64,000 nucleotides of DNA, taken from Myxococcota bacterium (lineage in GTDB: Bacteria; Myxococcota_A; UBA9160; JAFDDA01). The first letter of the stretch is position 1. Every line of letters begins with the position of its first letter. Positions 29,013-38,188 of the stretch are shown here, one piece after another. The stretch lies in contig OZ245817.1 in assembly GCA_965228475.1 (NCBI GenBank), positions 512,001 to 576,000 of the forward strand, in the 5' to 3' direction. Under the pieces are notes generated by a model. That model did no database searches, was not told where the DNA came from, and was given only the letters and a program-made list of their open reading frames with translations. The position numbers were made by a program, and so were the translations under genes.

Positions 29013-32000
29013 GCGACTCCCTCCTCTTGCGGACGATGCGCGCCCGCGCGCGGAAGGGTATCGCCTCGCTCGGCTCGCCGCTTGGCGCGCCGGGTCTCGT
29101 AGCGGCGGATCGAGACGTAGGCGCACGGCACGAAGACGAGGGCCAGCACCGAAGCCCCGAGCACGCCGCCCGCGATGGCGGTGGCCAGGGGCGGCCAGAA
29201 ACGGCCCCCGAAGAGGATCAGCGGAAGGAAGCCGCCGATCGTGGTGAAGGTGGTGGCGAGGATGTGGCGCGAGGATTCGATCACCACGTCTCGCGTCGGG
29301 CCGATCTCCCCGTGCGCGGCGCGCGGGTCGCCCCGGAGCCCCGAGAGCACGACGATGCTGTCGTTGATGGCGAGCCCGACGAGGCCCATCGTCCCGACGA
29401 TCGCGAGGAAGCCCATCGGGTAGCCGAAGGCCCAGACCCCGAGCATGGCGAGGCCGATCGAGAGGAAGGCCACGGCGAAGATCACGCCCGCCAGCCGGAA
29501 GGAGTTGAAGGAGAGGATGATCGTCCCGAGCATGATCACGAAGAGCGGCAGCGCGAAGGCCATGAGGTTCGCGAGCGCTTCGCTGCGCTGCTCGCTCTCA
29601 CCGCCGAGCTCGATCCGGTAGCCGTCCGGGAGCACGAAGTCCGAAGCGTCGAGCCTTTGGCGGAAGTCGGCCAGGGATTCCGCGATCAGGGTATAGGGCT
29701 GCAGGAAGGCCTGGACCGTGTTCGAGCGCTCGCCGTTGCGGCGCGTGATCCCCGAGAGCTCCGGCACCAGTGCCACTTCGCCGACCGCGGCGAGGGGGAC
29801 GCCGGCGATGCCGCGCGGATCCCCCGGCCGGCCCGCGGCGACGAGGGCGTCCCCGGCGATGTCGCCGAGCGAGGCGCGATGGTCGCCGCGCACCCGCACG
29901 CGGACGGGGATTTCCTCGGTCCGTTCGAGGATCGAGCCCCCGACGGCGCCTTCGAGGCTCGCGTTCAGCTGGCCCGCGATCTCGTCGAGCCGCAGGCCCG
30001 CGAGCCGGGCCTGCACTTCGTCGGCGCGCACGAGGAGCTTCGGTTCGCCGGCCGAGACCTTGGCGACGGTGTAGGTGACGTCGTCGGTCTGGGCGAGCAC
30101 GCTGCGCACGTCGTCCCCGAGGCGGCGCAGCTCGGCGAGGTCCGGGCCGATGATGCGGATCTCGATCGGGGCGTCGAAGGGCGGACCCTGCTCGAAGGGA
30201 AGGGCCACGATGCGCGCCTCCGGGAAGGCCGCGATGAGTTCGCGCTGGAGCTCCGGCAGGAGCCCCTCCGTGGCGTCCGGCGACTTCGTCGTGACGAAGG
30301 CGGCCGCGGCGCTGCTCACGCCTTCCGACGAGCCGAGCATCGTGTAGAAGACCCGCGGCGGGGAGTCGCCGACGAACCAGTGACTCTCGAGGACCGCGTC
30401 GTGCGCGTGCACGATCTCCCGTGCGCGTAGCGCCTGGCGCCGGGTCTCCGCGATCGAGGCCTGGGAGGGCAGGGTCAGCTGGAGCTGGAACTGGTTGCGG
30501 TCGTTCGGCGGGAAGAACTGCTCCGGCAGCGTACGCGCGGCGAGGAAACCGGCGATCGGCATCACGACCGCGATCGCGAAGCCGAGCCAGGGGCGGGCGA
30601 GCACGACGTCGAGGAAGCGTCCCCAGGCCGCCGTCAGCCGGGCGCTCGTGAAGCCGTCCTTCCAGAAGGGCGCGCGCTCGCCTTCCTTGGCCCGGGCCAC
30701 GGCGTTGGCGCTCGTCGTGAAGGCGGCGAGCGCCGGGATCAGGGTCATCGCGATCAGGAAGGAGCTCGCGACGGCGAGGCCGACGCCGATCGAGATCGGG
30801 CCGACGAACTCCCCGGCACCGCCGGGCATGAGAACGATCGGCAGGAAGGCGAGGATCGTCGTCAGGGTCGAGGCGAACAGCGGCACGCGCAGGTGCCCGA
30901 CGGTCGCGGCCAGCGCCTGACCGCGCGTCACGCCGCGCCGGAGGCGGAGGTCGTACTCGTCCACCACGACGATCGCGTTGTCGATCAAGAGCCCGAGCGC
31001 GATGATGATGCCGGTGACCGAGGTCTGGTGGAGCGGGACGCCCAGCCAGTTCAGCTCGGCGAGCACCATGCAGACCGTCAGCGGAAGCGCCGAAGCCACG
31101 ACGAGGGCGTTCCGCGCGCCCATCATGAAGAACAGGATCGCGACCACGAGTCCCGCCCCGAGGAGCAGGTTCCCGACCAGGGAGCCGAGACGCTCCTCGG
31201 TGTAGAAGCTCTGGTCGAACAGGACCTCGTAGCCGATGCCCGCCGGGACCTCGGGGCGGTACTCCTCGACGACCCCGTGGGCGGCGTCCGCCCAGAGGTC
31301 GACGCGCCGGTTCGACTCCATCGTGGCGCTCACCGCCACGCCGCGGGTGCCCGAGAGCCAGGCCTCGTCCCCGACCGGCTCGCGGACGGTCCGTTCGACC
31401 GTCGCCACGTCGCCGACGCGCAGGACCCGGCCGCTCGTCTCGAGCAGGGGGATCGAGCGGATGCGCGCGAGCGAGTCGAGTTCGCCCGCGACCTCGATCA
31501 CGAGGTCGTTCGTATCGTGGCGGAGCTGCCCGGCCGGCACCTTCGCGTCCGCGGCCCGCACGGCGTTCGAGACCGCCGCCGCCGTCAGCCCGACGGAGGC
31601 CAGCACGTCCGGCGAGACCGTCACGCGGATCTCTTCCTCCGCCTCGCCGTAGAGCTTCGTCTCCTTGGTGCCGTCGAGGCTGCGCAGGCGGTTCTCGAGT
31701 TCGTCGGCGAGGCGGGTCATCAGGGCGAGCTGGGGCGGCCCGTCCCGCTCCCAGGTGAAGCCGACGAGCAGGGTGATCGCCGTCGAGGTCTGGTCCTCGA
31801 AGACCGGGGGACGCACGCCGTCGGGGAACTCGCCGCGTGCCTGCTCGACCCGGTCGCGCACCTTCGACCAGATTTCGTCGACGTCCTCCTCCTCGTACTG
31901 TTCGTCGAGTTCGAGGCGGATGAACGAGATGCCCGTGCGGGAGTCCGAGTCGATCTCCCGGATCTCGTGAAGTTCCTGGAGCTCGGCCTCGATCTTGTCC

Positions 32001-32185
32001 GTCACGAGGGTCTCGACGCGCAGCGCGCTCGCGCCCGGGAAATGGGTCGTGACCGTGCCGAAGCGGCGGGCGAGGGTCGGGTCCTCCTGGCGTGGGAGAC
32101 TCTGGAGTGCGGCGAGGCCGGCGACGAGGATCAGACCGAGGGCCAGGACCGTGAGCCGGGGGTTGCGGTAGAAGAGGTCGTTCAC
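29009..32185 (-). CDS. RND efflux transporter permease (AcrB/AcrD/AcrF family)
   Basis: LPRQEDP, GLLIDNAIVV, STLTTILAFLP, GLAINDSIV and TTFTTIGGFLPL; 1058 aa. Confidence 0.95.
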   Translation of the reverse strand: MNDLFYRNPRLTVLALGLILVAGLAALQSLPRQEDPTLARRFGTVTTHFPGASALRVETLVTDKIEAELQELHEIREIDSDSRTGISFIRLELDEQYEEEDVDEIWSKVRDRVEQARGEFPDGVRPPVFEDQTSTAITLLVGFTWERDGPPQLALMTRLADELENRLRSLDGTKETKLYGEAEEEIRVTVSPDVLASVGLTAAAVSNAVRAADAKVPAGQLRHDTNDLVIEVAGELDSLARIRSIPLLETSGRVLRVGDVATVERTVREPVGDEAWLSGTRGVAVSATMESNRRVDLWADAAHGVVEEYRPEVPAGIGYEVLFDQSFYTEERLGSLVGNLLLGAGLVVAILFFMMGARNALVVASALPLTVCMVLAELNWLGVPLHQTSVTGIIIALGLLIDNAIVVVDEYDLRLRRGVTRGQALAATVGHLRVPLFASTLTTILAFLPIVLMPGGAGEFVGPISIGVGLAVASSFLIAMTLIPALAAFTTSANAVARAKEGERAPFWKDGFTSARLTAAWGRFLDVVLARPWLGFAIAVVMPIAGFLAARTLPEQFFPPNDRNQFQLQLTLPSQASIAETRRQALRAREIVHAHDAVLESHWFVGDSPPRVFYTMLGSSEGVSSAAAAFVTTKSPDATEGLLPELQRELIAAFPEARIVALPFEQGPPFDAPIEIRIIGPDLAELRRLGDDVRSVLAQTDDVTYTVAKVSAGEPKLLVRADEVQARLAGLRLDEIAGQLNASLEGAVGGSILERTEEIPVRVRVRGDHRASLGDIAGDALVAAGRPGDPRGIAGVPLAAVGEVALVPELSGITRRNGERSNTVQAFLQPYTLIAESLADFRQRLDASDFVLPDGYRIELGGESEQRSEALANLMAFALPLFVIMLGTIILSFNSFRLAGVIFAVAFLSIGLAMLGVWAFGYPMGFLAIVGTMGLVGLAINDSIVVLSGLRGDPRAAHGEIGPTRDVVIESSRHILATTFTTIGGFLPLILFGGRFWPPLATAIAGGVLGASVLALVFVPCAYVSIRRYETRRAKRRAERGDTLPRAGAHRPQEEGVA

Positions 32186-33411
32186 GGCGTCATCCCGGCG
32201 GCGCGCGCTTCCGTCTCCTTCGCTTCCGACCTGGCTCGGCCTGGCTCGGGTTCGCCCTCGATCCGTCTCACCCGCTGGCCCGGCACGAGCCGGTGGAGCC
32301 CCGAAGCCACCACCCACTCCCCGTCCGTGAGCGTCCCGCGCACGAAGACGCGGTCGGCCTCGGCGTGGATGACCTCGAGCGTGCGCCGGGAGACGCGCAG
32401 GTTCCCGGGCCGGTCCCCTTCGAGGGCGAAGGCGGACCAGAGCCCGCGGCGGCTCTCCGTGAGCGCCGAGATCGGCAGCCAGAAGCCGCGGCCGGGGTGC
32501 TCGGTTTCGATGGCGACGCGCGCGAGCTCGCCGTCCCGCACGCCGGCCGGCCCGTCCTCGAAGCGGAAGACGGCGGTGACCGTGCGCGTGTCGGTCTCGA
32601 CGGTTTCGAGCAGCGCGTGGAGCCGCGCCGGGTGCATCGCGCCGGCGACCTCCAGCTCGTGCACGGTCCCGGCCGAGAGCCCGGCGGCGACCTCGGGCGG
32701 CAGACCGACGCGCACCTCGAGGACGCCGTCCTCGACGAGGGTCAGGAGGTGCTGGCCCGGGGAGACCACCGTGCCCTCGTCGGCGCTGCGGGCGGTGATG
32801 CTTCCGGCGTAGGGGGCGACCAGGTTCGAGAGGTCGAGCGCCACGTCGACGCTCGTCCGGGCGCTCCGCGTGGCGGCGATGTCGGCGCGGGCCGCCGCGA
32901 GCTGGGCGGCGAGCGCCTCCTGCTCGAAGCGCGATTCGTCGAAGCGCTGGGCGGAGATGCTCTCGCGCGCGAGGAGTTCGCGACGCCGCTCGGTGGTGCG
33001 TTCGGCGAGGGAGAGCCGGGCCTCCATCTCCTTCACCCGGGCGCGGCTGGCGGCGACCTGGGCGTCGAGCTCGCGGCGGCGGGCCCGCAGCTCCCGGGCG
33101 TCGAGGCTCGCCAGGCGCTGGCCCGCTTCGACGCGGTCGCCTTCGTCGACCTCGACGGACAGCAGCCGCCCTCCGCGGTCGAAGCCGAGCTCGCTCCGGC
33201 GGCGGGCCACGATGCGGCCCGAGTAGCGCGTGGCCACGCGGTAGCCGTCGAGGGCCGAGACCTCGAGGCCCACCACCGGGAGCCGCAGGCTCCCGGCGTC
33301 TTCCTCGGTGGTCTCCGAGGGGACGGCGGCGGAGGGGCCACGCGCGGTCCACCAGAGCCCGGAGGCGGCGGCGACCGCGACGACGACGAGGCCGATGCGA
33401 AGCAGTTTCAT
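32182..33411 (-). CDS. RND periplasmic adaptor (membrane fusion protein)
   Basis: N-terminal TM; lipoyl halves VDEGDRVEAGQ.LASLD and APYAGSI; helical hairpin; AGGAG RBS. Confidence 0.93.
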   Translation of the reverse strand: MKLLRIGLVVVAVAAASGLWWTARGPSAAVPSETTEEDAGSLRLPVVGLEVSALDGYRVATRYSGRIVARRRSELGFDRGGRLLSVEVDEGDRVEAGQRLASLDARELRARRRELDAQVAASRARVKEMEARLSLAERTTERRRELLARESISAQRFDESRFEQEALAAQLAAARADIAATRSARTSVDVALDLSNLVAPYAGSITARSADEGTVVSPGQHLLTLVEDGVLEVRVGLPPEVAAGLSAGTVHELEVAGAMHPARLHALLETVETDTRTVTAVFRFEDGPAGVRDGELARVAIETEHPGRGFWLPISALTESRRGLWSAFALEGDRPGNLRVSRRTLEVIHAEADRVFVRGTLTDGEWVVASGLHRLVPGQRVRRIEGEPEPGRARSEAKETEARAAGMTP

Positions 33412-33485
33412 CTGGATTCTCCTACAGCGAGCGACGTGGGCGCGGCGCCGCGCAGGAAGGCGAAGTACGTAGGGGCCGGGATCAC
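33408..33485 (-). CDS. Putative 25-aa mini-ORF that duplicates the TetR C-terminus
   Basis: VIPAPTYFAFLRGAAPTSLAVGESR; GTGA overlap with the tetR stop and ATGA overlap with the MFP start. Confidence 0.4.
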   Translation of the reverse strand: MIPAPTYFAFLRGAAPTSLAVGESR

Positions 33486-33530
33486 CGGGATTCGGCTCCG
33501 GCGAGCGCCGTGGGTGCGGCGCCGCGCAGG
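33408..33530. repeat. Imperfect 49-bp direct repeat with 74-bp period
   Basis: 33408-33456 versus 33482-33530: 41/49 identical, no gaps. Confidence 0.9.
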
Positions 33531-34108
33531 ACGACATCGATGGCCGGCTCGACGAGCTCGTCGAAGGACCGCCCGTTCTGGAGTTTGTTCGACAGATGCA
33601 GCGTGACCAGTCCGTGCAGGCCGACCCAGCACAGGTGGGCGATGGTCAGCGGGTCACCGACCAGGCTGCCCTCGCGCACGCAGCGTTCGGTGACCTCGAG
33701 GAGCGGCCGCCAGCAGCGGTCGAGGTTCTCGAGCCGGGCGGTCTCGTCGGACTCGAGATGGTCGATCTCGAACATGATCCGGTAGGCGTGCGGCTCCTTG
33801 ACGGCGAAATCGAGGTAGCCCCGGCCGCCGGCGCGCAGCTGCTCGAGGGCCGGGAGCCCCTCGGTCGCCTCGTAGACGACCTGCATGTGGTCGCCAAAGC
33901 GGTCGAAGGCGGCCCGGCGGACGGCGGCGAAGATCTCGTCCTTGTTCTGGAAATAGCGGTAGGGGGTCATGGCGCTCACGCCGAGGGCCCGGGCCATCCC
34001 GCGCAGGGTCACGCCCTCGTAGCCGGACTCGGCGAACTGGCGGGTGGCGACGTCGCAGAGTTCGGTGCGGAAGCTCTCGATCTCGTCCTGGCTGAGGGTT
34101 CGCGGCAT
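33482..34108 (-). CDS. TetR/AcrR family regulator (WHG-type C-terminal domain)
   Basis: HTH VTLRGMARALGVSAMTPYRYF; YRIMF; WVGLHGLVTL. Confidence 0.93.
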   Translation of the reverse strand: MPRTLSQDEIESFRTELCDVATRQFAESGYEGVTLRGMARALGVSAMTPYRYFQNKDEIFAAVRRAAFDRFGDHMQVVYEATEGLPALEQLRAGGRGYLDFAVKEPHAYRIMFEIDHLESDETARLENLDRCWRPLLEVTERCVREGSLVGDPLTIAHLCWVGLHGLVTLHLSNKLQNGRSFDELVEPAIDVVLRGAAPTALAGAESR

Positions 34109-34119
34109 GGCTGTACATT

Positions 34120-34139
34120 ACATCGTAAATTTACGGTGT
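34120..34139. promoter_or_regulatory. Palindromic operator in the tetR promoter (probable autoregulatory site)
   Basis: ACATCGTAAA-TTTACGGTGT (9/10 inverted repeat) between minus-strand TGGACA and TAATGT. Confidence 0.7.
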
Positions 34140-34149
34140 CCACTGGAGG

Positions 34150-34163
34150 TAGAACACGTTCTA
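34150..34163. promoter_or_regulatory. KstR-type operator palindrome
   Basis: TAGAACACGTTCTA matches TnnAACnnGTTnnA exactly. Confidence 0.65.
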
Positions 34164-34241
34164 AAAAAGATGCAGCGCGGGGCCGTCTGACGCATGATGG
34201 GGCCATGCACGGGCTGCACAGAGCGTGAGGACGAGCCGGTC

Positions 34242-35288
34242 ATGACCTGGCGCGTGATCCAGTGGGCGACCGGCGGCGTCGGCCGCGCCGCGATCGAGGG
34301 CGTGGCGGCCCACCCGGAGCTCGATCTCGTGGGCTGCTGGGTCCACTCGGAAGAGAAGGAAGGGCGCGACGCCGGGGAACTCGCCGGAATCGCGCCCCTC
34401 GGCGTGGCCGCCACCCGGGACGCCGACGCGCTCGTCGCCCTCGAAGCCGACTGCGTCGTCTACAGCCCGGTCCTCGCGAATCCCGAGGAGGTCTGCCGCC
34501 TGCTCGCCTCGGGCAAGAACGTCGTGACGCCGCTCGGCTGGTTCTTCCCGGCGGCGGGCCCGGACACGCGCGAGGTCGAGGCCGCCTGCCGCGCGGGCGG
34601 ATCCACGCTGCACGGCACCGGCATCCACCCGGGCGGGATCACCGAGCGGTTCCCGCTGATGGCGTCGGCCCTCGCGCGCAACGTGCGGCACGTGCGCGCC
34701 GAGGAGTTTTCGGACCTGCGCAACTACCCCGCCGAGTTCGTCGTGCGCGAGGTCATGCAGTTCGGGAAGCCGCCCGAGCAGGCGGCGACGAGCCCCATGC
34801 TCGGCCTCCTCGGCGGGGGGTTCGGCCAGTCCATCGACATGGTGGCCGCGGGGCTCGGGATGAAGCTCGATGCCGAGAAGCGCACCCGCCACGAGATGGC
34901 GGTGGCGACCGAGCGGATCGAAACGCCCGTCGGGCCTCTCGAGCCCGGTACGGTCGCGGCCCAGCGCTTCACCTGGGAGGGCACGGTCGCGGGCCGGGCC
35001 GTCGTCACGGTGCGCACGAACTGGCTGATGGGCGAGGAGCACCTCGACCCGCCGTGGCGGCTCGGGGAGGAGCGCTTCGAGATCGAGCTCGATGCCGACC
35101 CGCCCGTCTCGCTGACGTTCCACGGCCTGCACCCGCCCGAGCTCGGCAAGGACCTCGACCGCAACCCGGGGATCGCGGCCACCGCCATGCACTGCGTGAA
35201 CGCGGTGCCCTACGTGTGCGCGGCCGACCCCGGCATCAAGACCTACCTGGACCTGCCGCTCGTCTGCGGGCGCGCGGCGGCCGACTGA
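34242..35288 (+). CDS. Dihydrodipicolinate-reductase-like / NAD(P)H-dependent amine dehydrogenase family protein
   Basis: VIQWATGGVG, SGKNVVT, LHGTGIHPG and ATAMHCVNAVPYVCAADPGIKT. Confidence 0.88.
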   Translation: MTWRVIQWATGGVGRAAIEGVAAHPELDLVGCWVHSEEKEGRDAGELAGIAPLGVAATRDADALVALEADCVVYSPVLANPEEVCRLLASGKNVVTPLGWFFPAAGPDTREVEAACRAGGSTLHGTGIHPGGITERFPLMASALARNVRHVRAEEFSDLRNYPAEFVVREVMQFGKPPEQAATSPMLGLLGGGFGQSIDMVAAGLGMKLDAEKRTRHEMAVATERIETPVGPLEPGTVAAQRFTWEGTVAGRAVVTVRTNWLMGEEHLDPPWRLGEERFEIELDADPPVSLTFHGLHPPELGKDLDRNPGIAATAMHCVNAVPYVCAADPGIKTYLDLPLVCGRAAAD

Positions 35289-35298
35289 AAGGAACGAC

Positions 35299-36279
35299 AT
35301 GGCCCTGAGCCTCCTTCGCCTCGACATGCGCGCCCCGGACTTCTCCCCCGCGAGCGCCCGCGACCTCTACGCCGCCGCCCTCGAGATGTCGACGTACTGC
35401 GACCAGAACGGCTTCGACTCGATCGTGCTCTCGGAGCATCACGGGACGGACGACGGGTTCCTGCCGGCGCCGCTGGCCTTCGCGGGCTGCGTGCTCGGCC
35501 GCACCGAGCGGATCCGCGTCGGCATCGCGGCGCTCCTCCTGCCGCTCCACGATCCGATCCGGGTGGCCGAGGATCTCGCCGTGCTCGACCTCGCGAGCGG
35601 CGGCCGCATCGGCATCACCGCGGGCATGGGCTACCGCGAGGCCGAGTACGACATGTTCGGCAAGGATTGGAAGGGGCGCGGGAAGCTCTTCGACGAGTGC
35701 CTCGAAGCGCTCCAGGCGTGCTGGAGTGGCGAGCCCTTCGAGTGGCAGGGGCGCCAGGTGCGCCTCTCGCCGCGGCCGTTCACCGAGCCGCATCCGCCGG
35801 TCTTCGTCGGCGGCATGGCGAAGAACGCCGCGCGGCGGGCCGCCCGGTTCGGCTTGCCCTTCCAGCCCGGCTCGAACAACGAGGAAGCGAACGCGCTGTA
35901 CAAGAGCGAGTGCGAACGGCTCGGGAAGATGCCGGTCCTGCTGCCGCCGGGGGAGACGGAGCTGCTCGTGGTGGCCGAGGACGTCGACGAGGCCTGGGAA
36001 CGGGTCGGCCCGTACCTGCTCCACGACGCCGTGACCTACGCGTCCTGGCAGCCTTCGAGTCAGCGCTCCGCGGTCCACTCGGACGCGAAGACGATCGACG
36101 AGCTGCGGGCCGAGGGCCGCTACGTCGTGAAGTCGCCGGAAGAGTGCATCGAGTGGGGGCGGGAGAAGGGGGCCTTCGCGCCCTTCGTCCTCTACCCGCT
36201 CTGCGGTGGGACCCCGCCCGAAGAAGGCTGGAAGAGCCTGAAGCTCTACACCGAGAAGGTGCTGCCGAACGTTCCCTAG
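35299..36279 (+). CDS. LLM-class flavin-dependent oxidoreductase
   Basis: SEHH, LPLHDPIRVAEDLAVLDLASGGR and GYREAEY motifs. Confidence 0.92.
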   Translation: MALSLLRLDMRAPDFSPASARDLYAAALEMSTYCDQNGFDSIVLSEHHGTDDGFLPAPLAFAGCVLGRTERIRVGIAALLLPLHDPIRVAEDLAVLDLASGGRIGITAGMGYREAEYDMFGKDWKGRGKLFDECLEALQACWSGEPFEWQGRQVRLSPRPFTEPHPPVFVGGMAKNAARRAARFGLPFQPGSNNEEANALYKSECERLGKMPVLLPPGETELLVVAEDVDEAWERVGPYLLHDAVTYASWQPSSQRSAVHSDAKTIDELRAEGRYVVKSPEECIEWGREKGAFAPFVLYPLCGGTPPEEGWKSLKLYTEKVLPNVP

Positions 36280-36285
36280 GCCTGG

Positions 36286-37071
36286 CTAGTCCCGGTACAG
36301 CTCGCCGGCGTTCACCATGAGCGTCTCGCCGGTGATCATGCGCGCGCGGTCCGAGCAGAAGAACACCACGGCCTCGGCGACGTCCTCGTCGGCCGGGATC
36401 TCGTCGAGGGCCATGTTGTCCGTGATCTCGCGCTTCACGACGTCGGCTTCGACGCCGCGCTCCTTCGCCTGCCAGTTCACGTAGAGCTCGACCATCGGGC
36501 CCCACATCCAGGTCGGGATCACCATGTTCACGCGGATCTTCTTCGGTCCGAGCTCTTCGGCCATGTGGTACATGCTGGAGAGCAGGGCGCCCTTGGCCGC
36601 CGCGTAGGCGATCTGCGGCATCTTCGGCGGAAGCCACATCGCCTGGGAGCCGATCAGGACGATCGAGCCGCCGCCGCGGGCGGCCAGGTGCGGTACCGCG
36701 GCACGGGCCACGCTCATCGTGCCGATCACGTTCATGTCGAGGGATCGCTTCCAGTCTTCGGGTTCGGTGGTCTCGAGCGTGCCGAAGATCGAATCGAGCG
36801 CGGCCACGTTCACCACGGCGTCGATCCCGCCGAAGCGCGCGACCGCGGCGTCCATCAGCGCTCCACAGCCAGTCGGGTCGGTGATGTCGATCGCCTTCGG
36901 CAGGATCCGTTCGCCCGTCGGGTCGAGGGCCTTCGCCGCCTCGGCGAGTTTGTCCTCGCTGCGCGCCGCGATGGCGACGTTCGCGCCGTCGCGCAGCGCG
37001 CAGGCCGCGATCTCACGCCCGAGACCCGGGCCCACTCCCGTCACCACCACCGTCTTGCCTTCGAGAATCAC
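36286..37071 (-). CDS. Short-chain dehydrogenase/reductase
   Basis: TGVGPGLG, VNVAA and YAAAK; alternative ATG at 37098. Confidence 0.92.
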   Translation of the reverse strand: MILEGKTVVVTGVGPGLGREIAACALRDGANVAIAARSEDKLAEAAKALDPTGERILPKAIDITDPTGCGALMDAAVARFGGIDAVVNVAALDSIFGTLETTEPEDWKRSLDMNVIGTMSVARAAVPHLAARGGGSIVLIGSQAMWLPPKMPQIAYAAAKGALLSSMYHMAEELGPKKIRVNMVIPTWMWGPMVELYVNWQAKERGVEADVVKREITDNMALDEIPADEDVAEAVVFFCSDRARMITGETLMVNAGELYRD

Positions 37072-37137
37072 GCGCACTCCCTCTTGGATGGCGGCCATGA
37101 TACCCGCCCCGCCGTTGGATCTTGCTAGCTTTCCGAG

Positions 37138-38169
37138 GTGCCCGCGGTCCCCGGCGCACAGCCCTGGGTCAAGCTTCCGGACGAGGCGCTGCTCGACTGG
37201 CGCCTCTGCGACCTCGGCCTGCAGGTCGCGGGAACCGCCCTCGAGGGGCGCATCGAACGGCTCTACCAGGAACTCGCGCGCGCCGGGCTGCGCTTCCGCC
37301 CGTACGTCTGGCTCTCCACGGACTGGTTCACGCCGGACGGCCACACGGGCTTCGCCGTTCCGTTCTACCTCGCCCATCCGCGCCTGGCGCACCTCGAGCG
37401 GAGGCAGATGTACGCCGTCGAGGGGGGCAACGCCGATGCCTGCATGCGGCTCCTCCGGCACGAGACCGGCCACGCGATCGACAACGCCTATCGACTGCAC
37501 TGGCGAAAGCGCTGGCGGGAAACCTTCGGCCCCGCGAGCCAGCCCTACCGCTGGAGCTACGTCCCGGACCCGGAGAGCACCCGCCACGTGATCAACCTCG
37601 AGAACTGGTACGCCCAGAGCCATCCGATCGAGGACTTCGCCGAGACCTTCGCCATCTGGCTGCGGCCGGGCGAGCGCTGGAAGACCCGCTACGCGAAGTG
37701 GCCGGAGGCCCTGCGCAAGATCCACTTCGTCCGCGACCTGATGGGGACGATCTCCCGGGAGAAGCCGCGGCTTCGCACCCGCGCGAGGCCGGACTCGCTC
37801 GGCTCGCTCCGCCTCACGCTGCGCGAGTACTACCAGCAGAAGCAGGCCTTCTACGGCGACCACGACCGCTCGGTCTACGACCGCGAGCTTCTCCGTCTGT
37901 TCTCCGACGAGACGGCGCATCGAAAACGCCGGGCCGCCGCCGCGCTGCTGCGCGAGTACCGGACGGAGCTTCGCTCCCGCGTCACGGCCTGGACGGGGCA
38001 GTACGCCTTCGTCGTCGACGAAGTGCTCCAGCAGATGACCCTGCGGGCGCGCGAGCTGCGCCTGCGGGTCGCGTACTCGGAGCGCGAGACGGTCCAGGAC
38101 GCGGCGATCGTGCTCACCGTCCACACGATGCGCCACATGCGGCGCGGCCATCAGGAGTACCAGCGTTGA
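37138..38169 (+). CDS. Putative zinc-binding metallopeptidase (Peptidase_Mx-like)
   Basis: RHETGHA zincin motif; YAQSHPIEDFAETF. Confidence 0.85.
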   Translation: MPAVPGAQPWVKLPDEALLDWRLCDLGLQVAGTALEGRIERLYQELARAGLRFRPYVWLSTDWFTPDGHTGFAVPFYLAHPRLAHLERRQMYAVEGGNADACMRLLRHETGHAIDNAYRLHWRKRWRETFGPASQPYRWSYVPDPESTRHVINLENWYAQSHPIEDFAETFAIWLRPGERWKTRYAKWPEALRKIHFVRDLMGTISREKPRLRTRARPDSLGSLRLTLREYYQQKQAFYGDHDRSVYDRELLRLFSDETAHRKRRAAAALLREYRTELRSRVTAWTGQYAFVVDEVLQQMTLRARELRLRVAYSERETVQDAAIVLTVHTMRHMRRGHQEYQR

Positions 38170-38188
38170 AGCGTCGGCGGACCGTGTC

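Noticed and set aside
34150..34163. Gram-positive-type LexA box
   Set aside because: That box is GAAC-N4-GTTC; here the spacer is 2 nt and the flanking genes are not SOS genes.
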